A DNA stretch of 63,205 bases, the filler included, from Rhabdomonas costata (taxonomy: Eukaryota), in the NCBI GenBank assembly GCA_019059605.1. It is 44 parts of 44 records of this genome, joined end to end, with 100 filler letters (N's around TTAATTAATTAA, not from the genome) between each part and the next. Parts side by side here need not be neighbours in the genome. Positions count along the whole stretch, not along the records: positions 1 to 1,339 come from JAHMHO010018888.1; positions 1,440 to 2,778 come from JAHMHO010018889.1; positions 2,879 to 4,217 come from JAHMHO010018890.1; positions 4,318 to 5,656 come from JAHMHO010018891.1; positions 5,757 to 7,095 come from JAHMHO010018892.1; positions 7,196 to 8,534 come from JAHMHO010018893.1; positions 8,635 to 9,973 come from JAHMHO010018894.1; positions 10,074 to 11,412 come from JAHMHO010018895.1; 36 more parts are not named here. One strand, written 5' to 3'. Within the stretch, counting starts at the first letter, position 1, and every line of letters starts with the position of its first letter. The translations under genes and the position numbers were made by a program. Below the pieces are notes generated by a model. That model was not told where the DNA came from and ran no database searches. It saw only the letters and a program-made list of their open reading frames with translations. Positions 1 through 12,087 of this stretch are shown here, one piece after another.

Positions 1-70
1 GGGTTTTTGTCCCAACAGGCAGAAATGCAGAATTCTATGCCATTTTTGGAAGTTTAAATTTGAGTTTCAC

Positions 71-204
71 CAGATAGTGCAGGGCGGCTGCGCCGCCAAT
101 AAGCAACAAGACACCCGCTGCAGTGGCCTTGAGCTCCTCGGCCACGCCCTCGAGCCGCCGCTTGAGCTGCTGCACGGTGTCGTCCAAGGGACACGGAACC
201 TCTC
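71..204 (-). CDS. Internal exon of a protein with a possible BLUF-like/TEX47-like fold
   Basis: TAG acceptor (207-205) and GTGAAA donor (70). Translation EVPCPLDDTVQQLKRRLEGVAEELKATAAGVLLLIGGAAALHYL ends like the TGxLLxxxxxxxHxLE strand pair of BLUF-like domains. Family call is weak. Confidence 0.35.
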
Positions 205-1339
205 CTACAATAGCGAGAGCCACATATTCGTGCAGTCAGCTGCAAGCAAATGCACTGGGGGCTATTGCATCGTATTTTTCTTTTATTTGGGAGGGGGAAT
301 GTAGCTGAACGTCGAAAATTTTGGATGAACTCTGATGGGATGTCCCCGGATCATCCTTGCGCGGACCGCCAGCTACAAGCTGTCTTATACGGTCCGCATA
401 GTCCCTAACCTTTTAACCCCCTACCCCAATTAAATGGCTCCAATGTGTGTGTGAACGGCAGAATGAATGCATTAGAACCTGTTACCGTGCAGCTGGGTAT
501 ACTGAGAATCGGGCGGGGTGGGTGGAGGAATTGTCTTGGGACTTAGACTATGACGTCGCCTGCAGCGCATTTCACTCCACTTTTTCACGCACAAATGTCA
601 ACACAACCCCTTCTCCGCGTTTTTTGTGTGACCTGCCGTGGCGTGCTGTGGCAATGCGATTGAGCTATTGTGTATGTCTTTCCAACCGATCCCATCATAA
701 AAAGAGGAGGACTTGCTGATTTTCTCGCAACAATGATGCTCCACGAAGGAAAATATCCTATGCTTTTGATCCCTATGAGGGTGTTCATAGGTGCCCATTC
801 AAAGACTACCTCTACTATGCACGTGGCGCTGACACACCGGGACCAGAAGCGGAATCGCTGGCCATTTTAAAGTCCCGGTGGTCAGAAGCCCTCCGTTGCG
901 AAAAGAAAAGAGGGCAGGTGGGGAGCGGCGCGTTGCCGGAGGCAGGAATGTATTGTCTGGCAAATTGAATCAGAAAGAGCTGCAAAAAAGGGATGAGAGG
1001 GATGAGAACTAAGCAGTGGCAAAAGACACGATACTTGCTCGACAGGAAAACTCATGCCCTGTTGCGGAACGTAGAACGGGAAGTACGCTTCTCGGGACAG
1101 CACACAAACAAACTCCAGTGGACTTTGCCGAAAATATTCCCTTCTGATGCCAACAAAACTGCAGACGGGATATCAGAACGTGGCCCCGACATTCAAAATT
1201 GAACTACAGAAAATAACGATCCGCAGAAATGAGCTGTTTCCGTACGACCGATCGAGCAATATGGCAATCGAGCGGCGATAATATTGTCCGTTTTTTTTCA
1301 GCACTTGTCAAAGCAAAAAGCAAAAACACTGCCCCAGGT

Positions 1340-1439
1340 NNNNNNNNNNNNNNNNNNNNNNNNNNNNNNNNNNNNNNNNNNNNTTAATTAATTAANNNNN
1401 NNNNNNNNNNNNNNNNNNNNNNNNNNNNNNNNNNNNNNN
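1340..1439. other. Artificial contig spacer (44 N + TTAATTAATTAA + 44 N); first of 43 identical spacers dividing the window into 44 contigs of about 1.34 kb
   Basis: The same 100-nt unit recurs about every 1,439 bp (e.g. 2779-2878, 4218-4317, ... 61769-61868). TTAATTAATTAA gives stops in all six frames. Confidence 0.99.
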
Positions 1440-1632
1440 GGTGGTGTGTGGTGGCACGTTGAGCACGTGCTCAATGGTGTAAAAGCAAGCGGGATCTTGT
1501 CTGGGAGTTTAACACAGGAAGCTCGAGACAATGTGGAATTTCGATATGAAAAGTGACGCATTCACCAGAGCAGAAAAAGCTCTGAACAACCTGCCCAGAA
1601 CCTCTTCCCGCCTCGAGAGTCAGCACTCCGGC

Positions 1633-2778
1633 TCATGCGCTCGCTAGGAAGCGGTACAAAGCAGCAAGCTTGCGCTCCCGAGCTGCCCGAAATCTCTCAC
1701 TGGGCCTGCACACAGCACTCTGAAGTTCTCCACCGGTTGCATCCAAGCACGTGATACGGCACTCATATGCTGTTTCAGGTTCTTCGCCAAGCATCGAATC
1801 CCAAACAGTGCACTTCGTGCAGCTTGACGAGAGTGTTTCCGACATGGGCTTGGCACGATCCCTCAAGCTCGACAGGGCAAACCGCAACGCCTGGAGCTCA
1901 CCTGTGGTGGTTATAGGGCCCTCAATTGCCTCTTCCACAGCACTGGGTGCCCGACGCTCTTCGCCCACGCCCCACACCGCAAACCGGGAAAAGGTAAGGA
2001 GTTCTGTCGTGGAAAGCCTGCCCTTGGCCCAGCCTTTGCGAAGCATCAGCTCCAGCTGCTCAGGACACAGCCGAACTGGAAGGGGGACCGGAATCTGCGC
2101 AAAATGCCACATCGAAAGCAAACGCAAATTCCACGCAAACTTTGCAACGTGACCAATGTGATCACGTTGATCATCATCATCATAAGTCATGCGCGGCGCT
2201 CGGTCGGGGAGCAGAGACGTATTAATACTACTTTCCACAGGCATGTGACAGATGCTAAGAAATCTATAAATACTATGCCGACAATCCGCTGTCTATCACC
2301 ACAGTCCGGACCAAAAGCTTTTCAACGAAGAGTCATGTGTAAAACGGTCAGGCAACCTACAGAGGTGGTGACACACAGATAGCGATACGACACTTGAACG
2401 CGCACACCAACAGGGGGACAAATAGAATTTCTCGCGTTACGAACCCGTTACGAACCGATGCTGTCACTTCACATTCGACTTCGCCTACCTCCCGATGACA
2501 TTGTTGTTGGTTCCAACATGAAAACGTACGTACAAAGACAATAAGAATTCAGAAAGAAGTAAACTAGTCACAACATTAGAAAAACGTCTATACGTTCCAC
2601 CGAACCACTCCCGACACATACACACCTCCGCGACGGCGAAATCACACACCACGCCATAGCTGAGGAGTAGAGAGGCATCGGTGTGCTCCCCGTAGCAAAT
2701 GCAGAGTTCCACACCTCTGTAGCCACGGGCCGTGGAAACTTCCACCGCGCGGTCCAAGACCTGTCAGCACCAACCCCC
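1633..2778 (-). CDS. SET-domain lysine methyltransferase (Rubisco LSMT/SETD3/SETD4-like), 3' part; exons ~2778-2626 and 2094-1633
   Basis: ELCICYGEHTDASLLLSYG matches the ExxIxYGxxxNxxLLLxYG post-SET motif. A GTGTGT donor (2625) and CAG acceptor (2095) join in phase 0 (AVAE|IPVPL) and read to a stop. Confidence 0.8.
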
Positions 2779-4414
2779 NNNNNNNNNNNNNNNNNNNNNN
2801 NNNNNNNNNNNNNNNNNNNNNNTTAATTAATTAANNNNNNNNNNNNNNNNNNNNNNNNNNNNNNNNNNNNNNNNNNNNGGTTGTGGTGAAGGGGGTGGGT
2901 TGGGAGAATGGATACAAAAAAGGCAGAAACGGAATGCAGAAGTCGAAATCGGGGAAAGGACCTTTAATACAAAGGCTCAGCCAATGCTGTACAAGCCAAG
3001 CGGAGTACATACAAAACGAGGCGTCCCTGCCCCGGTGAACTCTTCGGTAGCTTGGTGGGCCCCTGAGGCCTAACAAAGAAATATGATGAAAAGAAGAGAA
3101 CATGCTAAATCTCGAGGAAAACACGCAGCAATGAAGCGCTGACCTGGGGAATATTGTCGCGTAATGGTAGCCTTGTGTCAGGGTGGACTTCTTAAGTGGT
3201 GTTTGGTGTCCCGTGGTGCTATGGTGGGTTGGGTTGCTGGGTCCTTATGTGTGTTGATATCGCTCTTGGTGTGTTGTGGTGCTCAGGTGGGTCTTGCATT
3301 CGTGGTGGTCGCTTCTCTGTCTCTCTAGCCCATCTTACGCGTGGTGTTGCTTTCTGCTCGTTGTGTTGGTTCGTTGTCTCTTCGCGTTACTCCTTCCAGT
3401 CCGGCTTTGCACTCCCAAGTAGCATCCATGGTTACGGTTCGTGCGTATGTGATCTTCAGGTATTGGAATTGGCGTGTGGTGTGACATAAGGGGCACAGAA
3501 GAGCCGAAACCCCTAGCAGCGGACACGCAAACCCAGCAGCACCACTCAAGCAAACCTCAACCCCAACCCACCACCACGACCCACGGAACCCGAAGCACCT
3601 GCACACCCCTGGACTCACACCTACCCAACACAGTACCAACCCGACCTGAAGCACCACTACCCACCACCCCACGCTCCAACACAACCGTACAAGCACACAC
3701 AATGACACTGAACCACACCACCACAGCACCCACCACAAGGCCAACAAGTCCAAACCAACAACTGCGATGTATCCAGCACCATAACACCAACACGATACTC
3801 ACGCAAGGCCAAGCAACCAGACAACAGCAAACCAACAGCGTAAACAAAGGAGAAGTCGTAGCGAAGGACACCAGAGAAACAACGGGGGCCAACACAGAAA
3901 ACAACACCGAACCCAAGGAACACCACCCAGACACAAACACTTGCACGACAACCACAACCAACGAGACTACGGAGGAACCAAAGCCAAGCATTATACCCAC
4001 CAACGCAACACCAGCAGCAAGAACGACCCACAAAGACACCAAGGCAGCACATACCCACACAGTAGTCAGCACGAACACAGCGAAGGAACCCAGAAGCACA
4101 ACCCCACTCGTAGAAGCAATACCCCAGCGAACACCACCAAGCACACCCAGAGCACCCTGAGACCACGTTTGACCACCGAACCCTAACACCGCAAGACGGC
4201 CCCAAAGCACCAGAGACNNNNNNNNNNNNNNNNNNNNNNNNNNNNNNNNNNNNNNNNNNNNTTAATTAATTAANNNNNNNNNNNNNNNNNNNNNNNNNNN
4301 NNNNNNNNNNNNNNNNNTGTTGGGTGTTTTGGTTTTGGTGGTTTTATCTCGACTACCGCGGTCGCTCGGAAAGCAGACCAGCCAGGGATGAATGTGCGTG
4401 GAGGTGCGACGCAC

Positions 4415-5561
4415 CCGGCTGGTGATTAGTACGTCCGCGGATGCGCCCATGTGAAAGATCTCTGTGACCGAGTCGTTGACGTGGACCTCCAGCCCAGGAA
4501 CCGCGGCCTGCACAGCGGCGACGTCGAACTTCCCCTTAGGGGCCACGCACGCAAGGGAGGGGGGGGTGTTCTTTTGAAAGGTCGGGCATACATTTTTACT
4601 TTTTTTTGGGAAGTTGCAACTGTGGGTGTGGGTTTCGATTTGGTTGATTCCATACAGTACTACTATCGGTTTTTATATGGGCCCTTGCACAACTCAAGGC
4701 AAGCTTGGAACGAGCGAGGAGATAAATATGAACGACAGGCAAAATTGGAGCAACCCTGTAGACCAATTGCCAGCGTGGCTTGAGGAAAACAAACCCTCAA
4801 ACGTAAACGCGCGAGAAAAATGCACAGCAACTGCAATTTGATGTTGATGTTGATGCTGAGATTCACATCAAGCGACGGCGTCTCCATCCCCAATATATGT
4901 CTTCTTCATCCTCTCCCATCGTGCACACCGGTCCGGTGAGGAGGTAGGTGCACACTGCGCGGCCCGGAGTGACCTTTTGGATGACTCGGACAGCAGAGTT
5001 TGCCACCGCGGAGTAGTACTCAGGAGGAAGCTGCGAAAACAAACCGGAAACAAACCCCCTCCCGCTGTCACCGCATCACACCCTCGTACACATACCGAAC
5101 ACACCACTTGCAAAGGGGGAGGGGTTTTTCAAAGTTTTGTATTGGAATAGAGAGAAGAGCAGGTGCAAATGCAGATGCGAGTTTAACGTGCAACAATAGT
5201 TAATACCTTTGGCGACCGAAATGACAGCACTAGGTTGGGTGTAGGAGGCCACAGCAGGAGCGGACTGCGGAGGATGGGCAGCCTCCAGAGAGGGGGGTCG
5301 CTTTTGCGGTGCAAAAATGTATCAATACCTTTCCCCCATAAATTGAAAGGAGGCAGTTCTCCTCTTTTCCGAGGAAAGGCAGCCCCCTCAAGACCACCAC
5401 ACAACCACTCCTACCTCCCGCTTTGGAGAAGGGAAGGGGCGAGGCCGCACGTGGATGGCCACGGTGTAGCAGTCCTGGCCCGGTCGAGGAAGGCTACGGC
5501 CCCGGCCCCGCCAGTAGATGCTCCGCCACACAGGCACAGACAGGCAGTGGTTGACTTGCAT
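4415..5561 (-). CDS. GT11-like (alpha-1,2-fucosyltransferase-like) glycosyltransferase; exons 5561-5415, 5030-4929, 4534-4415
   Basis: Three phase-0 exons splice to ...CYTVAIHVRPRP...LPPEYYSAVA...LEVHVNDSVTEIFHMGASADVLITSR, the family motif order (AxHVR, LPxxYY, FHxxxxADVLxTS). Donors GTAGGA, GTGTGC, GTGCGT. Confidence 0.7.
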
Positions 5562-5962
5562 CTATCAGAGCAGGCAACCACGTGTGCCCCTACTCACAAG
5601 CTAACAAAAAACTTAAGATGAATTCAGACGTCGTCCCAGGTTAATTTTCCAAAAAANNNNNNNNNNNNNNNNNNNNNNNNNNNNNNNNNNNNNNNNNNNN
5701 TTAATTAATTAANNNNNNNNNNNNNNNNNNNNNNNNNNNNNNNNNNNNNNNNNNNNAACGGGAATGCGAATGTAGGAAGCGTATCACACCAATGGGAATG
5801 CGAGTGTGGGAAGTTCAGCAGATCACACTTATGGTAATGGGAATGTGGGTACTAAGCTCATACCAATGACATTCAGCAAGGGCTAAGGCCACCTGCCCCA
5901 ACCAAGCCTCGGAACATTGTGGATGGTCATCCACTGGAAGACAGCCCAAGAGCGGCAAGCGT

Positions 5963-6961
5963 GTGCATGGAAAGTGGGAAAACATTGACTATTTAGAACC
6001 GCAGCCTACAATTGCCCTGGACGAGGTAGAAAGGGAATCCATCCAACTCCGCTATGGACTCTGGAACAAGACAAGGGGGAGAACAGGCAACTTGTGTTTC
6101 TTGAGTGCGACGCTCCAAGTCTTGGGACTCATACTCCCCAAGCGCCATGGGCAATGGATCATAAGCAGCGCAAATCCAACCCAAGACGAAAGGGCATTTT
6201 CCGAAACACTGGCACGGATGTCGCGGCCTGGGAATCATCATGTGTTAAATCCAACGGCATTCGGGAAGGCGATATTTGACCGCCGGCCGCAGTTCGGGTA
6301 CGGGAGGCAGCACGATGCGATGGAATTTATAGGTCAGATGTGGGAAGTGATGCGAGAGGAATGTGACCGCACAACGATTCCCCAGTGCGAGCAAGGCCAA
6401 ATGACAGGAAGGATACGTTGGCCTTTGAGGAGCTTTCAGAGGTATCATGTCCCGATTGCGGGGCCCAACGCGAACCATAAGGGAAGCAATGTGGTTCTGG
6501 CAATACCTGAGAAGCCCTCGGTGACCCTTGAGGACTGTCTGCGGAACCATTTTGGGGTGGAAAAGCTGGAGAGTGCGTGCGGGAAAGCGCTAAATGATCT
6601 CGAAGATGCCAAAGCTGCTGGGTGTGAAGCGAACCGGTTTGACATGGAAACAAGGGTAGAGCGCAAGCAGCACTCGCCCCTGCCCATCTGAACCTTGTGT
6701 TTGTGTCACCGGACCATGGCGGAGTTTGACATCGTTGCAGTGGTCAACCACCAGGGTTTGGATGGCTGCGGACATTACACAGCTGACATTAAAGGGTGCC
6801 AAGATGGATTCTGGTTCCACTTTGACGATGAGAATGTTGCCCCATCAGAAGCCTTTCGAGCAAGGGAAGCGGTAATCCTGGTCTACAAATGGAATGGTCG
6901 ACTGCAAGAACATGTGCCAAAAACACACACTGTGCAGCACAGAGAAACTGTGTGTGTGTGA
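5963..6961 (+). pseudogene. Intronless ubiquitin-specific protease (peptidase C19/USP) domain, disrupted
   Basis: Cys box GLWNK...GNLCFLSATLQVL, RQHDAMEF, TLEDCLRNHF and His box AVVNHQG...GHYTA...WFHFDDENV. In-frame TGA at 6689-6691. The expected ISKMPKLL segment (~6596-6620) lies in another frame. Confidence 0.85.
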
Positions 6962-7624
6962 AGACCCTGACCAGGCATCGCGGAGGAAGGGGAGAGTGGC
7001 GGAACCGTACCGTTGTTCAGCCTCGGAGGCGGAAACAATTGGTGGAGTCAGGACGCGCCACACTAGTGGTGGACGCTCGGAACCGTGGTGCGAACNNNNN
7101 NNNNNNNNNNNNNNNNNNNNNNNNNNNNNNNNNNNNNNNTTAATTAATTAANNNNNNNNNNNNNNNNNNNNNNNNNNNNNNNNNNNNNNNNNNNNGGTGT
7201 GGGTGATTCTGAGTTCGATTAACTATCAGCTTCCCACCCCTTCTCAGTGGCCCTGTTCTATGCGGAAGAGTCCTCCTTTTTGTGTGGTCGCTTTGGCCCG
7301 TTTTCTGTTGTTGCTATTGTCGGTGGTGTTCACACGCACCTGATTTCTCAGTCACCCGTGCTGAAAACTTGGTGTTTGGGGTGTGGTGCCACTTAAAGAG
7401 ATACTTGATCGATTGAGAATTTTTAAAACGTCTTACAGAAGGGAAACAGCACACAAACGAAAGATAAAGAAAGTTACCAACCCAGCCAACTCGGAAGAAA
7501 AACAAAGAGGGAAAGACGAGAGGAGGGGAGGGGCCGGAGGCAGGGGCGGGGTCCGCACCCTCGCGCGCACTTGCCATCTGCCCACCCACCTGTCCGTACC
7601 CCGACGCCATCCTACCCAACGCAG

Positions 7625-8348
7625 ATCGGGGGCCTTGTGAGTTACCGCGTCACCGGCTACGCTATGGTTATGGGTAGGCCTCCCTCTGCTCCCTCGACCC
7701 TGCACGTACCGCCGGGCCCTGTGCAGGACTCATTAGACCTTCGAAGGTGCGTGGGGCACCGTACCCACAACCGAATCTTAAACATATAATTGAGGCGTGA
7801 AAGTAAGTGTTTTCATTGACTGTCAATGGAAAGTTGTCATCCACATACATTCCAGGGATCAGGAGAACGAGACTTGCAGTCAGGCGTCAGGCTCACACTC
7901 AATTTGTGGCCACCGTGACTGTGCATTGGTGTGATCGACTCGGGAAAACGGAAGCTTTCGAAGAACACAGAAGATAATCGAAGCCTGTCCTGTGTTGAGT
8001 TGTCTTGCTTCTTGTCTCGTACTCCAAATTCTGAGGAATGGGATATTATGCCGCCCTGGGACAACCATCTCTTTATGTCACCGGTAAACCTCATGCTCTG
8101 TGACCGTTCGAAACTTTGTGGGCCACATCATTCTTCGGTGCCGTTCCCGCCTCTGTTTTCACCGCCTGGTGACCTCATTGCATCTCTCCAGTACCCTTGG
8201 GGTGGCCCTTCGGACTCTCGCTGGAGGACACTCTTCTTCTACGTCAGAGGAGGTACCACGTTACGCCGAGAAGGCTCCCAGCCCGAGCAAGCCTCCAATG
8301 CTTGCTCCTCCCGAGGTCAGCTTTGTCGTGGAGCGCTACTACAAGCAG
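7625..8348 (+). CDS. Hypothetical protein, exons 7625-7746 and 8192-8348
   Basis: CAG acceptors, two GTGCGT donors, phase-2 compatible join (DLR S TLGVALR...VVERYYKQ). Confidence 0.6.
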
Positions 8349-8674
8349 GTGCGTGTCTGTATGTTTGGAAGTGGGGGATAAGACGTTTTACACAATCTCC
8401 TGGATGGTCCCTTCTCCAACAAATGGAAAGGTACAATTCTTTGTTTCGAGGTGTGTGCAAACGGAAAAATGTACCTTTCCATTTGTTGGAGAAGGGACCA
8501 TCCAGGAGATTGTGTAAAACGTCTTACCCCCCCCNNNNNNNNNNNNNNNNNNNNNNNNNNNNNNNNNNNNNNNNNNNNTTAATTAATTAANNNNNNNNNN
8601 NNNNNNNNNNNNNNNNNNNNNNNNNNNNNNNNNNAAGCTTTCCGGTGGAATTTTTTCGCCAGAGATTTGCGCAC

Positions 8675-9897
8675 TCCCGAGGACCCCAGCTTCTGCTCCA
8701 TCCACGTCGCGACCTCAGGGTCACTCATCAGCGCTTGCAAGTCCCATCTGCTGCGGAAAGGGGTGTCAAGACCGAGAGCAAGTCAAAAAGAGAGTCAACT
8801 GCACACAGAAGGTCCGGGAAGGGCCGAAAGCAGAGGTCAAAAGAAGGCCCAGGCCGGTTGAGGATGAATGGCAACGGGACGGACCCAGAGCAGACTCCGG
8901 CCACATGCACAGTGCACAAGTGCAGAAGGCAAGGGTCCAACTGAGACATCAGGGCTTTATCAACAAAACCCTGCACACTTTCAGGTTGTGAGCAGGTGAA
9001 CGTTCACCACGAAGGACAGAAAAGCATAACTTCAACAGGTCGCGACAGCCTGCTTAGGAAGGAGAAACCAATGTCCGGTTTCCCTGGGCACGATGACACA
9101 AACAGCACGGCATCTCAGCGTTCACGCGCTTCAAGTGCTGTGCAGGCGAAGTGAAGCAAGGCCCTACGGTTTCCCTGGAAAGACAATGAAGACCAACAGG
9201 TAGAACAGGGTGAGCCCTCCTACATGCCAAGTAGTTGTTGGCCAGCGTGGCACACAACACGCTGCCCAACTCAAAGGAGATGTTCTCGGCCACCACAACC
9301 TCTGGGGCCGAGAGGCGCGTCACCTGCAAGCCCAAAGCCCATCAAAACACCACCCTCATTTGCACCACCCCCTCCACTTGTGCTACCACCCGTCGCAACA
9401 CCTTTTCCTACCATCCATTGCGAGCGTATCGCACTGCCGACCTCGGCAAGGTCTTGGCTGGGATGGGGGTGAGGGCAGCAACCCCACACCCGAATTGTAG
9501 AGGAAAGGGAGAAGCACAATGAGGGTGCGAGCAGAGCAATTGCCTTTTCGTGCAAAAAAAAAAATAGCGAATGTGCTAACCCTGTCTGGCATCACGGTGG
9601 ACAAATGGTCGAAACGCAATTGGAAGGTGGTAGGACAGAAGGAGCGGCCATCAGACGATCAGACGGGGAGGAAGACAAGAGTCCTATGTCCCAGCTTGGG
9701 GATAAAAAGAGAGAAAGGGGTCCGGTTCCTTTGGAGCAGTGGAAGTGAAATCGGACCGATAAAACGCATCCAGAAACCTGAACGGAACTAGCAAACACGC
9801 TGTAGGTCACATCGTTCGGGGGGTCTGACACCTGCACCACAGGGGGTGCGGCAGCTGAACTGACGGCGAAGCCTCTCCTCAAATGTCCGGGCCCAGA
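8675..9897 (-). CDS. Hypothetical protein, exons 9897-9799, 9323-9228, 9137-9109 (29-nt microexon), 8747-~8675
   Basis: Phase-consistent splicing gives ...DVTYS|VTRLSAPEVV...NNYL|HLKRVNAEMP WDLQALMSDPEVATWMEQKLG. One junction needs a GC donor (9227) or retention of an in-frame 90-nt intron. Confidence 0.55.
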
Positions 9898-10512
9898 CTG
9901 CGTAGGCAAATATATACCAGAAGCTACAGCTCTGGCACCACCCGACACGTCAACAACCCGCATCCCAACCACANNNNNNNNNNNNNNNNNNNNNNNNNNN
10001 NNNNNNNNNNNNNNNNNTTAATTAATTAANNNNNNNNNNNNNNNNNNNNNNNNNNNNNNNNNNNNNNNNNNNNTGTTGGTTGGGCATACACATATTCCTC
10101 AGTACCACTTGGGAGAAGATCCTGATAGGAGGGCGGTGCAATGCATCCATCCCGTGTTCCCGAACAGACTCGGTTGTTGGGAACGGGACACATCTCCTTG
10201 TTCAAGTCACGCTTTGCCAGAGTTCACAGCCACTCTGGCTCCATTGCGAGAACTCCCTTGGTTTCCATCGATCTCTTGCTCTTTTCTGAAGGAGAGATGG
10301 GGCGTGTCAAGTCGCACGCCTGAACGCGCAATTTCTTCTTTCTTCTTCCCAGGAGAAGGCTTTTTAGCTTTTCGACGATGTGCCGTCTCATCTTTCATCG
10401 CTAGATGCTCCCTCGCTGTGGACTTGCCCATTTTCCAATGTCCCCCGGGGTGAGCCCTGCGTTTGTGTGAGTCAGCTTTTCCTGCACCGGTGACGATCTC
10501 TTTCTGTGAAAA

Positions 10513-10836
10513 ATGTACTCCTATGGTGGCCCCGCGGCGCCGCGGCGGCTGACGATGTGGGAGCGGCAGGCGCTTCGGATGTTCCTGTTCCCTGCCACAC
10601 TGGTGGCCCTAGCGGACACAGTGTCGGACTTCTGCTGCTTCTCCGTAATCGCCGAGAACTACTCCTCCCTGGACACCCCGGGGATTCAGATTGCCTGCTG
10701 GGTTTTCTCCTGCCTGGGGCTCACCCTTGTCATCAGTACGCTCCTTCCTGTGCTCTTCCGTGCACTTGTCATTCCACCAATGCCCAAAGTGGCAATTTCA
10801 ACGCAAGAGGTCCTCGCACTTATCTTCCGAGGATAG
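10513..10836 (+). CDS. Hypothetical membrane protein, probable first exon
   Basis: ATG-started 107-aa ORF with GC3-rich codons and two hydrophobic segments, preceded by pyrimidine-rich sequence. The true 3' end may be an internal donor. Confidence 0.5.
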   Translation: MYSYGGPAAPRRLTMWERQALRMFLFPATLVALADTVSDFCCFSVIAENYSSLDTPGIQIACWVFSCLGLTLVISTLLPVLFRALVIPPMPKVAISTQEVLALIFRG

Positions 10837-12087
10837 AGACTGAACACGACACCCTTTCAGGGACCTCTGCGATCGGTTGGTTGGTTGGTTGGTTGGTGCT
10901 CATTTGGTTAGTTTGAGTTAGAGCTGTAGTAGTGACCATCATAAGCGGATAGGTCCTTGGGTCAAGACATAAACATCCCGGAGATGCTGGCACGACACTG
11001 CCCCTGTGAGCGGTACGTACTGCCTTTTTTGTGTTCCTTTTTATTCCTTTTTTTCATGACAGCGTGATTCATTTTAGCATTGTGTGCTTGATTGTGTTGT
11101 CATTCCCTCTTGAAATATTCCCGCTCCCACATTTTCCATTCCCTGTGCGTTGACCCGTGGTGACGGGATCGACCATTCTAACAGTGGCCTTCCGGTTTTT
11201 TTCACTTGGAAATAACCACTTTGCATTCTCAACCCATTCACTCAACCACGCTTTTTTCGTCAAAAGGATAAATTACATGACAAGTGGGCTCGAATTGTGC
11301 TCAAAAAAGACCGAAAACTTAACCCATTGGCCGTAGCAGCAGCCAAAGGCTACCTTGGTCACACAAACGTGTTCAAAAAAGTTCGGCTACATCTCATCCA
11401 AAAACCCAACACNNNNNNNNNNNNNNNNNNNNNNNNNNNNNNNNNNNNNNNNNNNNTTAATTAATTAANNNNNNNNNNNNNNNNNNNNNNNNNNNNNNNN
11501 NNNNNNNNNNNNCATGTGGTGGGTTGAGGGGCTTCTGCTTGAGGTCGTTCGGGTTGGCCACCGTCAGCCTTACTGGGCCTTTTATCTCATCAATTCACAG
11601 AACCTGCACTGGACTCATCCAGCTACCTGATGTTTCGCCATTTTCACCTTGCCTCATCTCACAGAACACATTACAGACTGTTCTTTGTGTTCCGGAACCC
11701 TCTACCACCCCACCCCACGAACACGTTTCTGCGGACTATATACTAGCCGCCACGGCACCACTTTGTGCTGCACCGTGACCTGGCTTCCGGGCCTCTGGTT
11801 ATGAGACGAGTGTGTATTCCTTCCTTCCTTCCTTCCTGGCGAAACAAAAGTTTGCAAAGCAAATCTCAAGTATATTTTGAAATGGGGCTTTTTTCTTTTT
11901 TTTCAAGAGATTTTCAAGAGATGGGTTTCAATGGGCCAATGCCACGTCACGAAACCTTGCCTCGGGGCTTGCGTTTGTTAGCAGGGAGAAAACTCCAGCG
12001 ATCCCTTACCAATTTTTATCTTTTACCCACGGGTCTGTTCGCCAAAAAGAAAGAGGCTCCTTTCCTCGCTTTTCCTTTCCTGCACAG

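Noticed and set aside
1384-1395. TTAATTAATTAA recurring at a ~1,439-bp period, superficially a regularly spaced array
   Set aside because: It is a synthetic six-frame-stop linker embedded in Ns. The period reflects similarly sized contigs, not a CRISPR-like or nanochromosome system.
6689-6691. In-frame TGA in the USP gene as a possible reassigned or selenocysteine codon
   Set aside because: The same gene has frameshifts, and other spliced genes show no in-frame stops. Pseudogenisation is simpler.
7196-7245. TAACTATCAGCTT and GTTCGA, resembling SSU rRNA or a tRNA T-loop
   Set aside because: The matches are too short, with no flanking rRNA conservation or cloverleaf.
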